A DNA stretch of 64,000 bases from a bacterium. GTDB lineage: Bacteria; Zhuqueibacterota; Zhuqueibacteria; Residuimicrobiales; Krinioviventaceae. The stretch lies in assembly GCA_963675755.2 (NCBI GenBank), contig CAXXMD010000003.1, positions 1,728,001 to 1,792,000 on the forward strand, in the 5' to 3' direction. The stretch's first letter is position 1; each line of letters opens with the position of its first letter. Position numbers and translations under genes: made by a program. Below, one piece after another: positions 18,299 to 29,000 of this stretch. The notes below the pieces were generated by a model. That model had not been told where the DNA came from and ran no database searches. It saw only the letters and a list, made by a program, of their open reading frames with translations.

Positions 18299-20683
18299 AT
18301 GGATGAAAACAATTTCAATGTAACGATTGAATCAGACTCTGAAATGGAAACCAAAGTTCCTGCGGAGCTGCCGATATTGCCTTTAAGAGATACTGTGACT
18401 TTTCCAAATATTGTAACTCCGCTTGTTGTTGCACGGGAAAAATCAGTCAAGCTGATAAATGATGTGATAGCGGGTTCAAGAATTCTTGGCCTGGTAGCAC
18501 AAAAAGACCCTGAAACAGAAGACCCGGAAACAGATGATATATACCAATTTGGAACAGCCGCAATTATTCTGCGTATGTTGAAATTCCCCGATGGTTCTTT
18601 GCGCGTATTGGTGCAGGGAATCTCGAGAATAAAATTAAAAGAAAATGTTTCTACCGATCCCTATATTGTTTACAAAGTAGAAACCAAAGAAGATGTTTAT
18701 AGAGAAACCACTGAAATTGAAGCGCTTAAGCGTAATGTGGGTCAGCAATTTCAAAAAGTGGTTTCACTGGTACCGCAACTGCCCGATGAACTTCAGGTTG
18801 TAATTGTAAATACAACTGATCCCGGTAAACTTGCGGATTTGATTGCTTCAAACCTCACCATTTCGGTAGAGGAAAAACAGTCTATACTTGAAGCATCAAC
18901 TATCAAACAGCGCTTGCAAAAACTTACGGTTTTGCTTAATCGCGAACTTGAAGTATTGGAGATGGGCTCCAAAATACAGGATAAAGTCCAGAGCGAGTTG
19001 GGTAAAAACCAGCGTGAATATTTTTTACGTGAACAATTGCGGGCCATTCAAAAAGAACTGGGCATGAGCGATGAACGCTCTGTTGAGCTAGAAGAACTGG
19101 AAGAACAGATTCTTGAAGCAAATATGCCCGAAGAAGCGGAAAATGAAGCCCTGCGTGAGCTGGACCGTCTTTCTAAAATGCAGCCTGGTGCGGCTGAATA
19201 TACGGTTTCACGCACATACCTGGACTGGATGATTATTTTGCCCTGGAATGTTGCAACCGAAGATAATCTTGATATTGATAAAGCCCAGAATGTGCTTGAT
19301 GAAGACCATTACGGCCTGCAAAAGATCAAAGAGCGTATAATTGAATATCTTGCTGTGCGCAAATTGAAAAACGATACCAAGGGCCCCATCATTTGTTTTG
19401 TAGGACCTCCGGGAGTAGGAAAGACCTCGTTGGGTCGGTCTATTGCGCGCTCTATGGGAAGAAATTTTGTGCGCATCTCACTGGGTGGTGTGCACGATGA
19501 AGCCGAAATCCGCGGTCATCGACGGACTTATATTGGTTCCATGCCCGGTAGAATCATTCAGGGTCTGAAAACAGCTGGAAGCAATAATCCTATTTTTATG
19601 CTGGATGAAGTTGATAAAATTGGCCAGGATTTCCGTGGTGATCCTGCATCGGCATTGTTGGAAGTACTTGATCCGGAACAGAATTTTTCCTTTTCGGATC
19701 ACTATCTGGATGTTCCTTTTGACTTGTCGAGCGTTATGTTTATTACCACCGCGAATGTGCTGGATACTATTCCATCACCTTTGCGTGACAGAATGGAAGT
19801 GATTGAACTTCCCGGATATATTGAAGAAGATAAAATACATATAGCAACCAAATACCTTATACCCCGGCAGATCCAGGAAAACGGATTGAAACGTAAACAT
19901 ATATCCTTTACCAAGGCCGCTGTAAAAAGTATTATTGCAGACTATACCCGAGAAGCGGGTGTGAGAAATCTGGAACGTCAGTTTGCAAACATTTGCCGCA
20001 AAGTGGCAAAAGAGGTTGCTTTGGGCAATGAAGATAAAGTTTCTATTACACCTGCCAAGGTTGTTGAACTTTTAGGACCAAAAAAGTTTTATTCAGAAGT
20101 TGCGGAGCGCTTGGGTAAAGCCGGTGTTGCAACCGGATTGGCCTGGACTCCTTCGGGTGGTGATGTGCTGTTCATAGAAGCCACTCGAATGACCGGCAGC
20201 AAAGGTTTGATTTTGACCGGACAATTGGGCGATGTGATGAAAGAATCCGCACAGGCAGCACTTTCTTATATTCGTTCAAATGCGGAAGCGCTTGGCATTG
20301 ATGAAACCATATTTGCCAAATCAGATATACATGTGCACGTACCTGCAGGTGCCATTCCCAAAGATGGACCTTCTGCGGGTGTTACCATGACCACAGCGCT
20401 GGTCTCTCTGCTAACACAAAAACCGGTGCGGAGCGATCTGGCAATGACCGGTGAAATTACCTTGCGTGGCAAAGTATTACCAGTTGGCGGCATTAAAGAA
20501 AAGATGCTGGCTGCTCAACGGGCAGGAATTAAGCATGTTATTCTGCCGGATAAAAACAAGGATGATCTGGAAGAGATCCCTGAAGATACGCGCAAGAAAA
20601 TGACTTTTTATCCGGTGAAAACGCTGGAAGAAGTACTGGAACTTGCAATTAAAACCAAACCGGTCAAGAATAAGAAAAAATAG
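18299..20683 (+). CDS. lon: ATP-dependent protease La
   Basis: [11 protein letters not shown] domain, [33 protein letters not shown]. Confidence 0.98.
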   Translation: MDENNFNVTIESDSEMETKVPAELPILPLRDTVTFPNIVTPLVVAREKSVKLINDVIAGSRILGLVAQKDPETEDPETDDIYQFGTAAIILRMLKFPDGSLRVLVQGISRIKLKENVSTDPYIVYKVETKEDVYRETTEIEALKRNVGQQFQKVVSLVPQLPDELQVVIVNTTDPGKLADLIASNLTISVEEKQSILEASTIKQRLQKLTVLLNRELEVLEMGSKIQDKVQSELGKNQREYFLREQLRAIQKELGMSDERSVELEELEEQILEANMPEEAENEALRELDRLSKMQPGAAEYTVSRTYLDWMIILPWNVATEDNLDIDKAQNVLDEDHYGLQKIKERIIEYLAVRKLKNDTKGPIICFVGPPGVGKTSLGRSIARSMGRNFVRISLGGVHDEAEIRGHRRTYIGSMPGRIIQGLKTAGSNNPIFMLDEVDKIGQDFRGDPASALLEVLDPEQNFSFSDHYLDVPFDLSSVMFITTANVLDTIPSPLRDRMEVIELPGYIEEDKIHIATKYLIPRQIQENGLKRKHISFTKAAVKSIIADYTREAGVRNLERQFANICRKVAKEVALGNEDKVSITPAKVVELLGPKKFYSEVAERLGKAGVATGLAWTPSGGDVLFIEATRMTGSKGLILTGQLGDVMKESAQAALSYIRSNAEALGIDETIFAKSDIHVHVPAGAIPKDGPSAGVTMTTALVSLLTQKPVRSDLAMTGEITLRGKVLPVGGIKEKMLAAQRAGIKHVILPDKNKDDLEEIPEDTRKKMTFYPVKTLEEVLELAIKTKPVKNKKK

Positions 20684-20725
20684 TCTGGAATAGTTGACAG
20701 GAGTCACAGCAGAAAAGGAAGAAAA

Positions 20726-22111
20726 TTGCTAAATCAGTTTAGTGAACATGGACAGGAACATGTTTTAAAATATTTATCAGAGCTTGATGATAACCAGATA
20801 TTTACAGAACGACTTGAAGATATAGATTTTGATATAGTAAACTATTGTGCCGGATTGTTGAAAAATCAGCATGAAGGGCATTATACACCCGGCACCATGA
20901 ATCCAACAAATGTTATTGAACTGCCGGAAAGTCCACAGCAAGTTGAGGAATATCGTAAAGCTGTGTCTGTGGGAGAAAAGCTCATTGCAGATAGTAAAGT
21001 GGGAGCACTTTTGGTTGCCGGTGGTCAAGGCACCCGTTTGGGATTTGATGGCCCAAAAGGTACGTTTCCGGTGGGTCCCATTACCGGCAAGACATTGTTT
21101 CAGCTTCATACGGAAAAGATCCTTGCCCGTGAAAGACAGTTGAACGCGGTTATTCCTTTTTATATTATGACCAGTGAGTTGAATTATAAGGATACGGTTG
21201 ATTTTTTCAAATTAAACGACTTTTTTGGTAAAGATGCGTCAACCATTATCTTTTTCAAACAGGGTATGCTGCCGCCACTTGATGGAAATGGCAAAATGTT
21301 TCTTGAATCCAAAGATCGGGTTGCCATGTCTCCCGACGGTCATGGCGGCATGCTGCGCGCGTTGTTTAAAAACAAGATTCTGGAAGACATGCAAAAGCGT
21401 GGATTAAAGAGTATTTATTATTTTCAGGTTGACAGTCCCCTGGTGAATGTTTGTGATCCTGCATTTGTTGGGTATCATGAATTGAATAATGCGGAAATGT
21501 CTGCCAAAACAGTTTATAAAAATGATCCGTTTGAAAAGCTTGGCAATATTGGTGAAATGAACGGCAAGACCGTGGTCATTGAATATACCGAACTCAGCGA
21601 TGATGAAAAGTTGGCTGTCAACGATAAAGGCAAGTTGACTTTTGGTCAGGGAAGTATTGGTATGCATGTGTTCAGTGTTGATTTTTTTCAACGGATACAC
21701 GATGAAAAGATCCAGCTTCCGTACCATATTGCGCACAAGAAAATACCGTATTTGAATGATTCGGGAGAGCTGGTAAATCCCGAATCTCCAAACGGATTTA
21801 AATTTGAGCAGTTTATTTTTGACGCGTTTCCTTTTGCAAAAAAAGTAATGGTGATGGAAACAGAGCGGAAAAACGATTTCAGTCCCATAAAAAACAAGAC
21901 AGGTGTTGATTCGCCCGAAACCGCAAAACAGGACCAGTTGAATCTGTATGGTGAATGGATAGAGAGTGCCGGGTTACCGCTAAACAGAGATTCAGATGGA
22001 AATGTAGCGGACCTGGTTGAAGTTTCACCACTTTATGCGTTGAATAAAGAACAGTTTGTTGAAAAGAAACCATCATTACCCGATTCACAAAAGGGTTATT
22101 TGTTTGAATAA
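20726..22111 (+). CDS. UDPGP type 1 family UTP--sugar-1-phosphate uridylyltransferase (eukaryote-like UDP-GlcNAc pyrophosphorylase)
   Basis: LVAGGQGTRLG.DGPKG, SPDGHGG, V.EY.E, KFEQFIFD, FSPIKN. Confidence 0.92.
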   Translation: MLNQFSEHGQEHVLKYLSELDDNQIFTERLEDIDFDIVNYCAGLLKNQHEGHYTPGTMNPTNVIELPESPQQVEEYRKAVSVGEKLIADSKVGALLVAGGQGTRLGFDGPKGTFPVGPITGKTLFQLHTEKILARERQLNAVIPFYIMTSELNYKDTVDFFKLNDFFGKDASTIIFFKQGMLPPLDGNGKMFLESKDRVAMSPDGHGGMLRALFKNKILEDMQKRGLKSIYYFQVDSPLVNVCDPAFVGYHELNNAEMSAKTVYKNDPFEKLGNIGEMNGKTVVIEYTELSDDEKLAVNDKGKLTFGQGSIGMHVFSVDFFQRIHDEKIQLPYHIAHKKIPYLNDSGELVNPESPNGFKFEQFIFDAFPFAKKVMVMETERKNDFSPIKNKTGVDSPETAKQDQLNLYGEWIESAGLPLNRDSDGNVADLVEVSPLYALNKEQFVEKKPSLPDSQKGYLFE

Positions 22112-22162
22112 ACCGGTTTTCGGATCCAAATTTTTGATAATATACAGGCGGTTAATCACGGT

Positions 22163-25100
22163 ATGGCAACTGGAACAAAAAAAGAAAAACGAGTTAAAAG
22201 GGGATTTTGGAGACGTTTTTTCCGATTCTGGTTGTTTTTTGGCTTGGGATTTATAGGGCTCATCCTTTTATTAATAATAATCGTTCATCTTTTTTTTCCT
22301 CCCGAGTATTTTAAAGGTTTGGCTATAAAAACTGTCAGAGAGCAGTTTAACCGTAATCTGACCATAGAGGGTGTAGATATCAATTTACTGAAAGGCATTG
22401 AATTTACAGATATTTCACTCACTCCGCTTGAAGAAAACCAAAAACTACCGGACGATTTTCCGGTCCAGTCGGCATCTATACACAAAATCCTTTTGAAATA
22501 CAATATCCGTGAGCTGTTTCACAAGCGTGTTGTCATTGACGAGATAGAGCTCAACTCGCCGGATATTTTTATCAACATGATCAATCCCCAGGATACAACG
22601 TCGGTAAAAGAGCCGCCAGCGGACTCGTTGCAAACACCGGTATTACCGGTTAGTATTGCGTTGAAACGGTTTCGGCTGCAAGACACAAAATTCCGCATGG
22701 AAATGCAGGACAGCCTTACCAGTCAGGTTTTGTATCTTGCTGATCTGGATGTTGGCCTGGATGACATCTATGTTCCACAGGGTGATGTAATGGCAAATGA
22801 CAGTGCCCTGGCAGCCGCACTGGAACTGAATGTAGACAAGGCTGCTTTTGAATTCAGCCAGCATGTTACAGGTGGTGATGACATGTCAGTAACGGGTATG
22901 ATTGCTTTGAACAGCAAGGTCAGAATTGCCACACTGGATAGTCTGGATGCCTCTCTGTTTTTACAGGTCAGTGATCTCGAGTTTCGTACATCGGCTGTTC
23001 CTGATTTTTCTGTCATTCCGTTGATTTATCCTGTAACCGTATCTGGTGATGTGCATGTCCTTGTTGAAGAGGAAAAAGTATCAGTCCCCGGTTTAACTGT
23101 CAAAGTCGGAGATGAAACCTGGCTGGGTTCTACCATCAAAGTTGATGGATTTTACAAGCAGTGGCCCCCGCATCTTTCCGCTTCCGTAGACAAGAGCAGA
23201 ATACCTGTGCAGCAGCTTTTGTCATTGGGAAGATCAGTATTGCCGGATTCGTTGTTTCCGGATATATATTTTAAAAATCCAAATGCAGCAATTACTTTTG
23301 CGGGCACTCGTGTTGAAGGCTCACTGCCTGACAGTTCTTCCACAGAAGGATTGGAATTTCAGGCTATTGCAGATTTTCTCGATTTTGGTTTGACCTTAAA
23401 CCAGGGACAAGCAGAACTGGTGAACCTGAATTTACAGGCGAGATCAAACGGCAGTCTCAATTTTAAGGGATTGCAAAATTTAAACGCGACCGCATCCGTT
23501 ACTTTTGATTCAGTATATTATGGTCTAAACGATACTCTGGAAATTTATACCGGTGAGGGCGGATTAAATCTTGAAGCGGCTATAAACGAGTATATGATGC
23601 CAAGAGACGTGGAATTGGGTTTTGAGGTAGCAAATGTATTGGGAACAACCTTTTATTCTCATTTTACACTGGGTACAGAAAAGACCTTACAATCTATTGC
23701 AGGGAATGGGGTAGTCAAGTTATCTGATATCGATACAAGGAATCTTGTGCCTATGCCGCTTGAAACTACCGCAAACCTGCAGCTTGATCTTGGCATTCAA
23801 ACGCTGGATTCGATCTCTACCCATATTGATTTTGCTACGGATTCATTGATGATACCCATGCAATATGAAACCGAAAACTTTCCGCCAATTCATTTTACAA
23901 CCAATCTGCTGTGCGGTATTGATACTTTGTTCCAGCATCTGGATATCCATAATTTATCTGTCAAGCTGAACCAGATTTTAGCAGCCAGTTTAAATGGCAC
24001 GTTTGATGTAGGTAAAACCGATTTTAAGGTAAAACTGCAAGACCTGGCATTGTACCATGCACCTGTTCTGGATTGGATGCCACGGCGTATGAAAGAACAG
24101 TTTGCAAGTTTAAAGGTAACCGGTGCAACCCATGTAACCGCAGATGTTACCGGCAATCTGGCCGGCGAACTGCCGGTTTTCGATCTTGAAAGCAAGGTCT
24201 TTACAGATCAGACGTCTGTCCATTATCCTGATCAGTTTATATCAATCGCGGGTATTCGTTTGAATGTGGATGCAGGATTAAATTCAGACAATAAAGCGGA
24301 TGTTAGCGTTTCACTAAAAATCGATACAACCCTGACGGATAATGTAAGACGAGCGGCGTTTTTAGATAATGTGATATCATTGGATGTACATAGCAATGAT
24401 TTAAAGAGTTTCCGGGTTGAAAACGGTCTAATCTCTTTGCCTGAATTACTGGCAAATGGCGAGTTTTATGCCAATATAGAAAATGTAGATACAGCCCCGC
24501 TCATTACTGCAACATTGGATTTCCATCAAAATGCGGAAGAGCCGCTGCAGATAACCCGGGATATTCAACTGAACGGGAAAACCGATCTCAGCGCAACCGT
24601 CAATATGGACACCGCATTGATGGATATTTTTGCAAATGTCAATACCAAAGACTTGACTATATTGCTGCCGGCTGAAACAGCTGTCAGGAATATCAATACC
24701 GATTTAAAAGTGCATCAGCGCATGGATCTGGTTAAAGGAATTTTCCTGGCGGACAAAGAGGCGCCTATCCAAACCCCAACAGATGGTTCTATCGATTATC
24801 TGGCCTATCGGGATTACTATCGCAATTCGCTTGATAACATGTCGTACCTGAGCATTGAAAAGATAGAAGCAGCCGGTTATGAAATAGATAATTTTGAATT
24901 TGAAGCTGTACTGGGAGGTGGCCGGGTGGAAATTCCTTCATATATGGCAACCGTATATGATGGAAACCTGGGCGGCAGGATCTCTGTGAATCTTGCAGGT
25001 GGCAACCTGGCAGAAGCGACATATAATTTATCTGCCCATTTTTCAGGCATCAACTCTGACAGATTGCTGGCGGGTTTAAAACGAAAAGAGAGTTTGGGCG

Positions 25101-25459
25101 TTATAAACGGTAACGCGCAATTTGAAGGTACTGGGGTGGACCCCAATGAGAAACTGGATATTCGAGGGTATTTTTACATTACCGAGATCGGTCCCCGAGT
25201 TGCAGACAATTTATTGCGTTCTCTGGATCCGGAAGAAAAAGACTCTGGTATTAAGATGACCCGGTTCCTCATCAACTGGGGGTATAAACCCAATTTGTTT
25301 TCATTTGATGTACGTCACGGGTTCTTTTCAACAACAGTTGAATTGTCTCAACCCTGGTATTTCCCTTTGAAATTGAGTGGCGGGAAAATTATTTTTGCCC
25401 GCAAGCCGGTACAATTTTTTATAGACCAGGCCCTGGCAACGGCCCGGATTCAAGAGTAA
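22163..25459 (+). CDS. AsmA/YdbH-like periplasm-spanning beta-groove protein (putative bridge-like lipid transporter)
   Basis: Basic N-terminus plus one TM anchor, AsmA-like start (..LTIEGVDINLLKGIEFTDISL), ~1000 aa of repeating beta strands, C-terminal YDG..GG module; followed by DUF1318. Confidence 0.75.
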   Translation: MATGTKKEKRVKRGFWRRFFRFWLFFGLGFIGLILLLIIIVHLFFPPEYFKGLAIKTVREQFNRNLTIEGVDINLLKGIEFTDISLTPLEENQKLPDDFPVQSASIHKILLKYNIRELFHKRVVIDEIELNSPDIFINMINPQDTTSVKEPPADSLQTPVLPVSIALKRFRLQDTKFRMEMQDSLTSQVLYLADLDVGLDDIYVPQGDVMANDSALAAALELNVDKAAFEFSQHVTGGDDMSVTGMIALNSKVRIATLDSLDASLFLQVSDLEFRTSAVPDFSVIPLIYPVTVSGDVHVLVEEEKVSVPGLTVKVGDETWLGSTIKVDGFYKQWPPHLSASVDKSRIPVQQLLSLGRSVLPDSLFPDIYFKNPNAAITFAGTRVEGSLPDSSSTEGLEFQAIADFLDFGLTLNQGQAELVNLNLQARSNGSLNFKGLQNLNATASVTFDSVYYGLNDTLEIYTGEGGLNLEAAINEYMMPRDVELGFEVANVLGTTFYSHFTLGTEKTLQSIAGNGVVKLSDIDTRNLVPMPLETTANLQLDLGIQTLDSISTHIDFATDSLMIPMQYETENFPPIHFTTNLLCGIDTLFQHLDIHNLSVKLNQILAASLNGTFDVGKTDFKVKLQDLALYHAPVLDWMPRRMKEQFASLKVTGATHVTADVTGNLAGELPVFDLESKVFTDQTSVHYPDQFISIAGIRLNVDAGLNSDNKADVSVSLKIDTTLTDNVRRAAFLDNVISLDVHSNDLKSFRVENGLISLPELLANGEFYANIENVDTAPLITATLDFHQNAEEPLQITRDIQLNGKTDLSATVNMDTALMDIFANVNTKDLTILLPAETAVRNINTDLKVHQRMDLVKGIFLADKEAPIQTPTDGSIDYLAYRDYYRNSLDNMSYLSIEKIEAAGYEIDNFEFEAVLGGGRVEIPSYMATVYDGNLGGRISVNLAGGNLAEATYNLSAHFSGINSDRLLAGLKRKESLGVINGNAQFEGTGVDPNEKLDIRGYFYITEIGPRVADNLLRSLDPEEKDSGIKMTRFLINWGYKPNLFSFDVRHGFFSTTVELSQPWYFPLKLSGGKIIFARKPVQFFIDQALATARIQE

Positions 25460-25477
25460 CATTTGAGGAGAATATAA

Positions 25478-26029
25478 ATGAAATATAAATATATTTTGAG
25501 CATTCTCGTTATGGTTTTGGCTGTACATTGCAGTTTTAAAACCGAAGATATCAGTATTCGGGGTGATAAAACCATGCTGGAAGACCAGGTATTGGGTGCG
25601 TTTGAACAAATTGAAAGTGATACATGGGTTGTTGCATCTACCCGTTCGGTTGGCGGCGGTCAGACACAAACCATGTCTGCGCAGCGCCAGAATGTATTGG
25701 AATCTGTTCAAAATCGCAAGTTCAACAAGGATGAAATTGACGAGTTTAAAAAAGAACAGGTTCTGGGTGAAAACAACAAGGGCTATCTTGAAATATTGCC
25801 AACTGAAAAATATGAATCAGATTCTCAGTATAAACGCATAATAGATCAGATTGTAACTGAAGAAAATCAGGACCGCAAAGTGATTTACGAGCGGATCCTT
25901 GCAATTAACCCATCCGCGGCTGCTGCAGATGAAGAGGAACGCAACAAGATTTTTGCAAAATTGAATATAGATAATTCGCCGGACGGCACATTGATACAAA
26001 AAAGCGATGGTTCATGGTCAGGAAAATAA
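25478..26029 (+). CDS. DUF1318/YdbL-family lipoprotein
   Basis: Signal peptide with Cys (LAVH/C); GENNKGYL, V..EN.DR..IY, G.LIQ..DGSW..K. Confidence 0.85.
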   Translation: MKYKYILSILVMVLAVHCSFKTEDISIRGDKTMLEDQVLGAFEQIESDTWVVASTRSVGGGQTQTMSAQRQNVLESVQNRKFNKDEIDEFKKEQVLGENNKGYLEILPTEKYESDSQYKRIIDQIVTEENQDRKVIYERILAINPSAAAADEEERNKIFAKLNIDNSPDGTLIQKSDGSWSGK

Positions 26030-29000
26030 TGAAATATAGGATTAAACACATATTCCTCACACTCGTCTTGACAGTGTTGTTTGTGTCGAGCTCGTTCAAC
26101 TTTGCGCAAGCGCCTGATAATAAAAAATTGGATTATCAGCAGGTAACCACCCACCCTGATATTGACTTGTCTGCGCGTATTTCTCCAGACGGCAAGTGGA
26201 TGGCCTATGTGTCCCGTCAGTCTGATAATTTTGACATTTGGATTCGCAGCACTGCGGGCGGTAGATCCATTCAGGTTACATTTCATAAAGCGGATGATTA
26301 TTATCCAGTGTGGTATCCTGACAGCCGAACTATAGTATTTGTTTCACAGCGCAGTGATGCCGCGGGTGATATTTGGCTGGTGCATCTGCGCGAGATCAAG
26401 GGCAGGCTTTATCCCAAAGGTGAACCAGAGCGGTTTACCGATTATATGGGGTATGACGGGTATCCTACCGTGTCTCCGGATTCTAAAAAAATTTGCTGGG
26501 TCTCTGACCGTAGCGGCAGTGAAGAACTTTGGTTTTATAATGAGCATACGGAAGCCAAATTACAGTTGACCTACAAGGGTGGTACACACCCCATGTGGAG
26601 CTCTGACCTGCAAATGATTGCTTTTACTTCGTTCAGAGACGGTCCGGAAAACAATGGTGATATTTTTATTATTAATCTCAAGGGACCAAAACCTACAGGT
26701 CAGGATACATTGCTTTGGGACCTGCGTGAATATCCCACTTATCAGTTGACCAAGGGACCGGCTATAGACGGATTCCCCAGCTGGACCAAAGAAGCCACAC
26801 AGGTTGTTTTCCTGCGAAACGAGTTTGATACCAACAAAGACGGTTCGTTAACACCTACTGACCGCGCTGCCGTTTGGGAAGCCCAGATTTTCAAAACACC
26901 CATTGAATTGATGTTTGTCAGTGATCCCATGTTGCAGGTATTAAGCAAGTCATTTAATTTGAAAATGGCATCTTATGCCATGCCGCTTACTTCCGGTGGT
27001 GAACAGGTAATGCAGCCTTATACAGGTTCTAATGATAGAATCTATTTTACCTCTGACCGTGGCGGCAACCTCGATATATGGTCATTCCCATCAACCGGGT
27101 ATATACCACGGGTGAATAATCCTGCATTGCAATATCAGCTTGCAGACTCCATATATGCACTGTCTCCAGAAATGACACGTTTAACACTCGGTCCATTGTT
27201 CCTGGAGTGGGATCCTCAATCAATGACCAAGCAGCAACGCTTATTGTTATGGGACCGCCAGTTGGCCTTTAAAAGAGTAATTGATTATTTTGGAACGGCA
27301 ACAGAGGTTTCACCCCAGACATTATATGAAATAGCGGTATGTTTTAAATTGCTCGATTATCCGGAACAGGCGGATTTATTTTTAGAGATTTTGTTAAAGA
27401 ATTTTCCTGAACACAAAACACTTGCTGCTTACGCGGAAATGTTAAAACTGGGGCTTAAGGCAAGGAATGTATCATCAGGGCAAAAAAGGCTTGAACTGTT
27501 AAAGCCCGAGCTTGATGCCATTCTAGAAAAATACAAGCTTGAAGCTGAGCCCATGTCTGCAGCCTATATTGTGCTTGGTGATCTATTCTACCAGGTCAAA
27601 CAGGATGCGCAGGCATTTAAGGCATATGAACAGGTTTTGGAATCTTTTCCGGAACAGAGCTTTTATTGTGCGGAAGCTCAATTGAAAATTGGAGACGTGT
27701 TCAGCCGGTTTGCTACCCAGGATGAAGTCATACAGGCATACTTGCAGGTTGTTCAAAAATATCCGGAGCAGCGCGACTGGATGGTTCCCGCACGTGATCG
27801 CATTCTGGATTTACTGGTAACAGATGCCAGTAACGAGCTCGATCTGATTAGCCGATATCGTGAGATTGTAGGGCAATATGCCCAGTTCCCATTGCTTGCG
27901 GCTGCGGCACAACTCCGCATTGGTAAAATCCTGTTTAACGCGGGGGATTATGCTTCCGCTATTCAGGAATATGAAATGGTAGAATCGTTATTTGGCGATC
28001 TGGTAGAGGAAGTATTTACTGCCAACTTCTCTATTGCAGAGTCTTTGCTGATGATGGGCGAGAACCTGCGAGCCTTTTCGTTACTTGAGCAATTGGTAAA
28101 TCGTTACAGCAGCAACCGTAAAGATCTTTCTGATACCGCATGGGATCGGTTGTTAAAGGCACTCTTGGATTCAGGAGATGAGTTAAAGTCCGCACAAGAA
28201 TTTAGTCTGGCATTATTACGCTATCAACGCGCCAAAGAGATGGATCTCAACAATTTACATGCACACAGGGGATATATAGAGTGCTTGTACTATCAACGAA
28301 AAATTGATGATGCGGTTGCAGAATATGAGCAACTGGTCAAAGACTATCCTGAACAGCAGGTAATACTTTATTGTTTGGGACTGACCTATTCATACAAGGG
28401 CACAGAAAAAGCCGAGCTATACAATGAGCCAGACGCGCTTGATACCAGAATGCTCAACCAATCCAGTTACCGTATTGCCCGAGCGCTGGCTTTGGACTAT
28501 ACTATGGTGCAGCCGTATCTGACCCTGAGTTATAATTATGAGATGATGGAGCAGGCCGAAGCGCGAGAACGTGCCAAACCCAAGCCCTTTTATGTCAGAC
28601 TGTGGAATACCTTGCGCACTCCATTTGACTATGTTTATGATATTGTGACATTTGCCAAAGTTGAACCTAAACGCGGTTATTATGAACGGGCTATCCACGA
28701 GTTGACCAAGGCGATTGGTTTAAACGATGCCGAAGTTGATCCCGATCTTGAGGCCAATCTTGCGCTAAACCTGGCAAATAATTATTATAATTTGGGTGAA
28801 TATGGTTACGCCAAAGCATACGAATATTATCATATAAAACTCAAATATGATTCAACGTTTTATGATAAACAACGCGAGGCCCTGATCTATGAACGCATGG
28901 GGCATTGTTCGTACAAGGTTGAAGATGTTAAAGGCGGTGAAAAATATCTGCTAAGGGCCATTCAGTTATATACTGAACTGGAAGATGAAGGGCACGTGCT

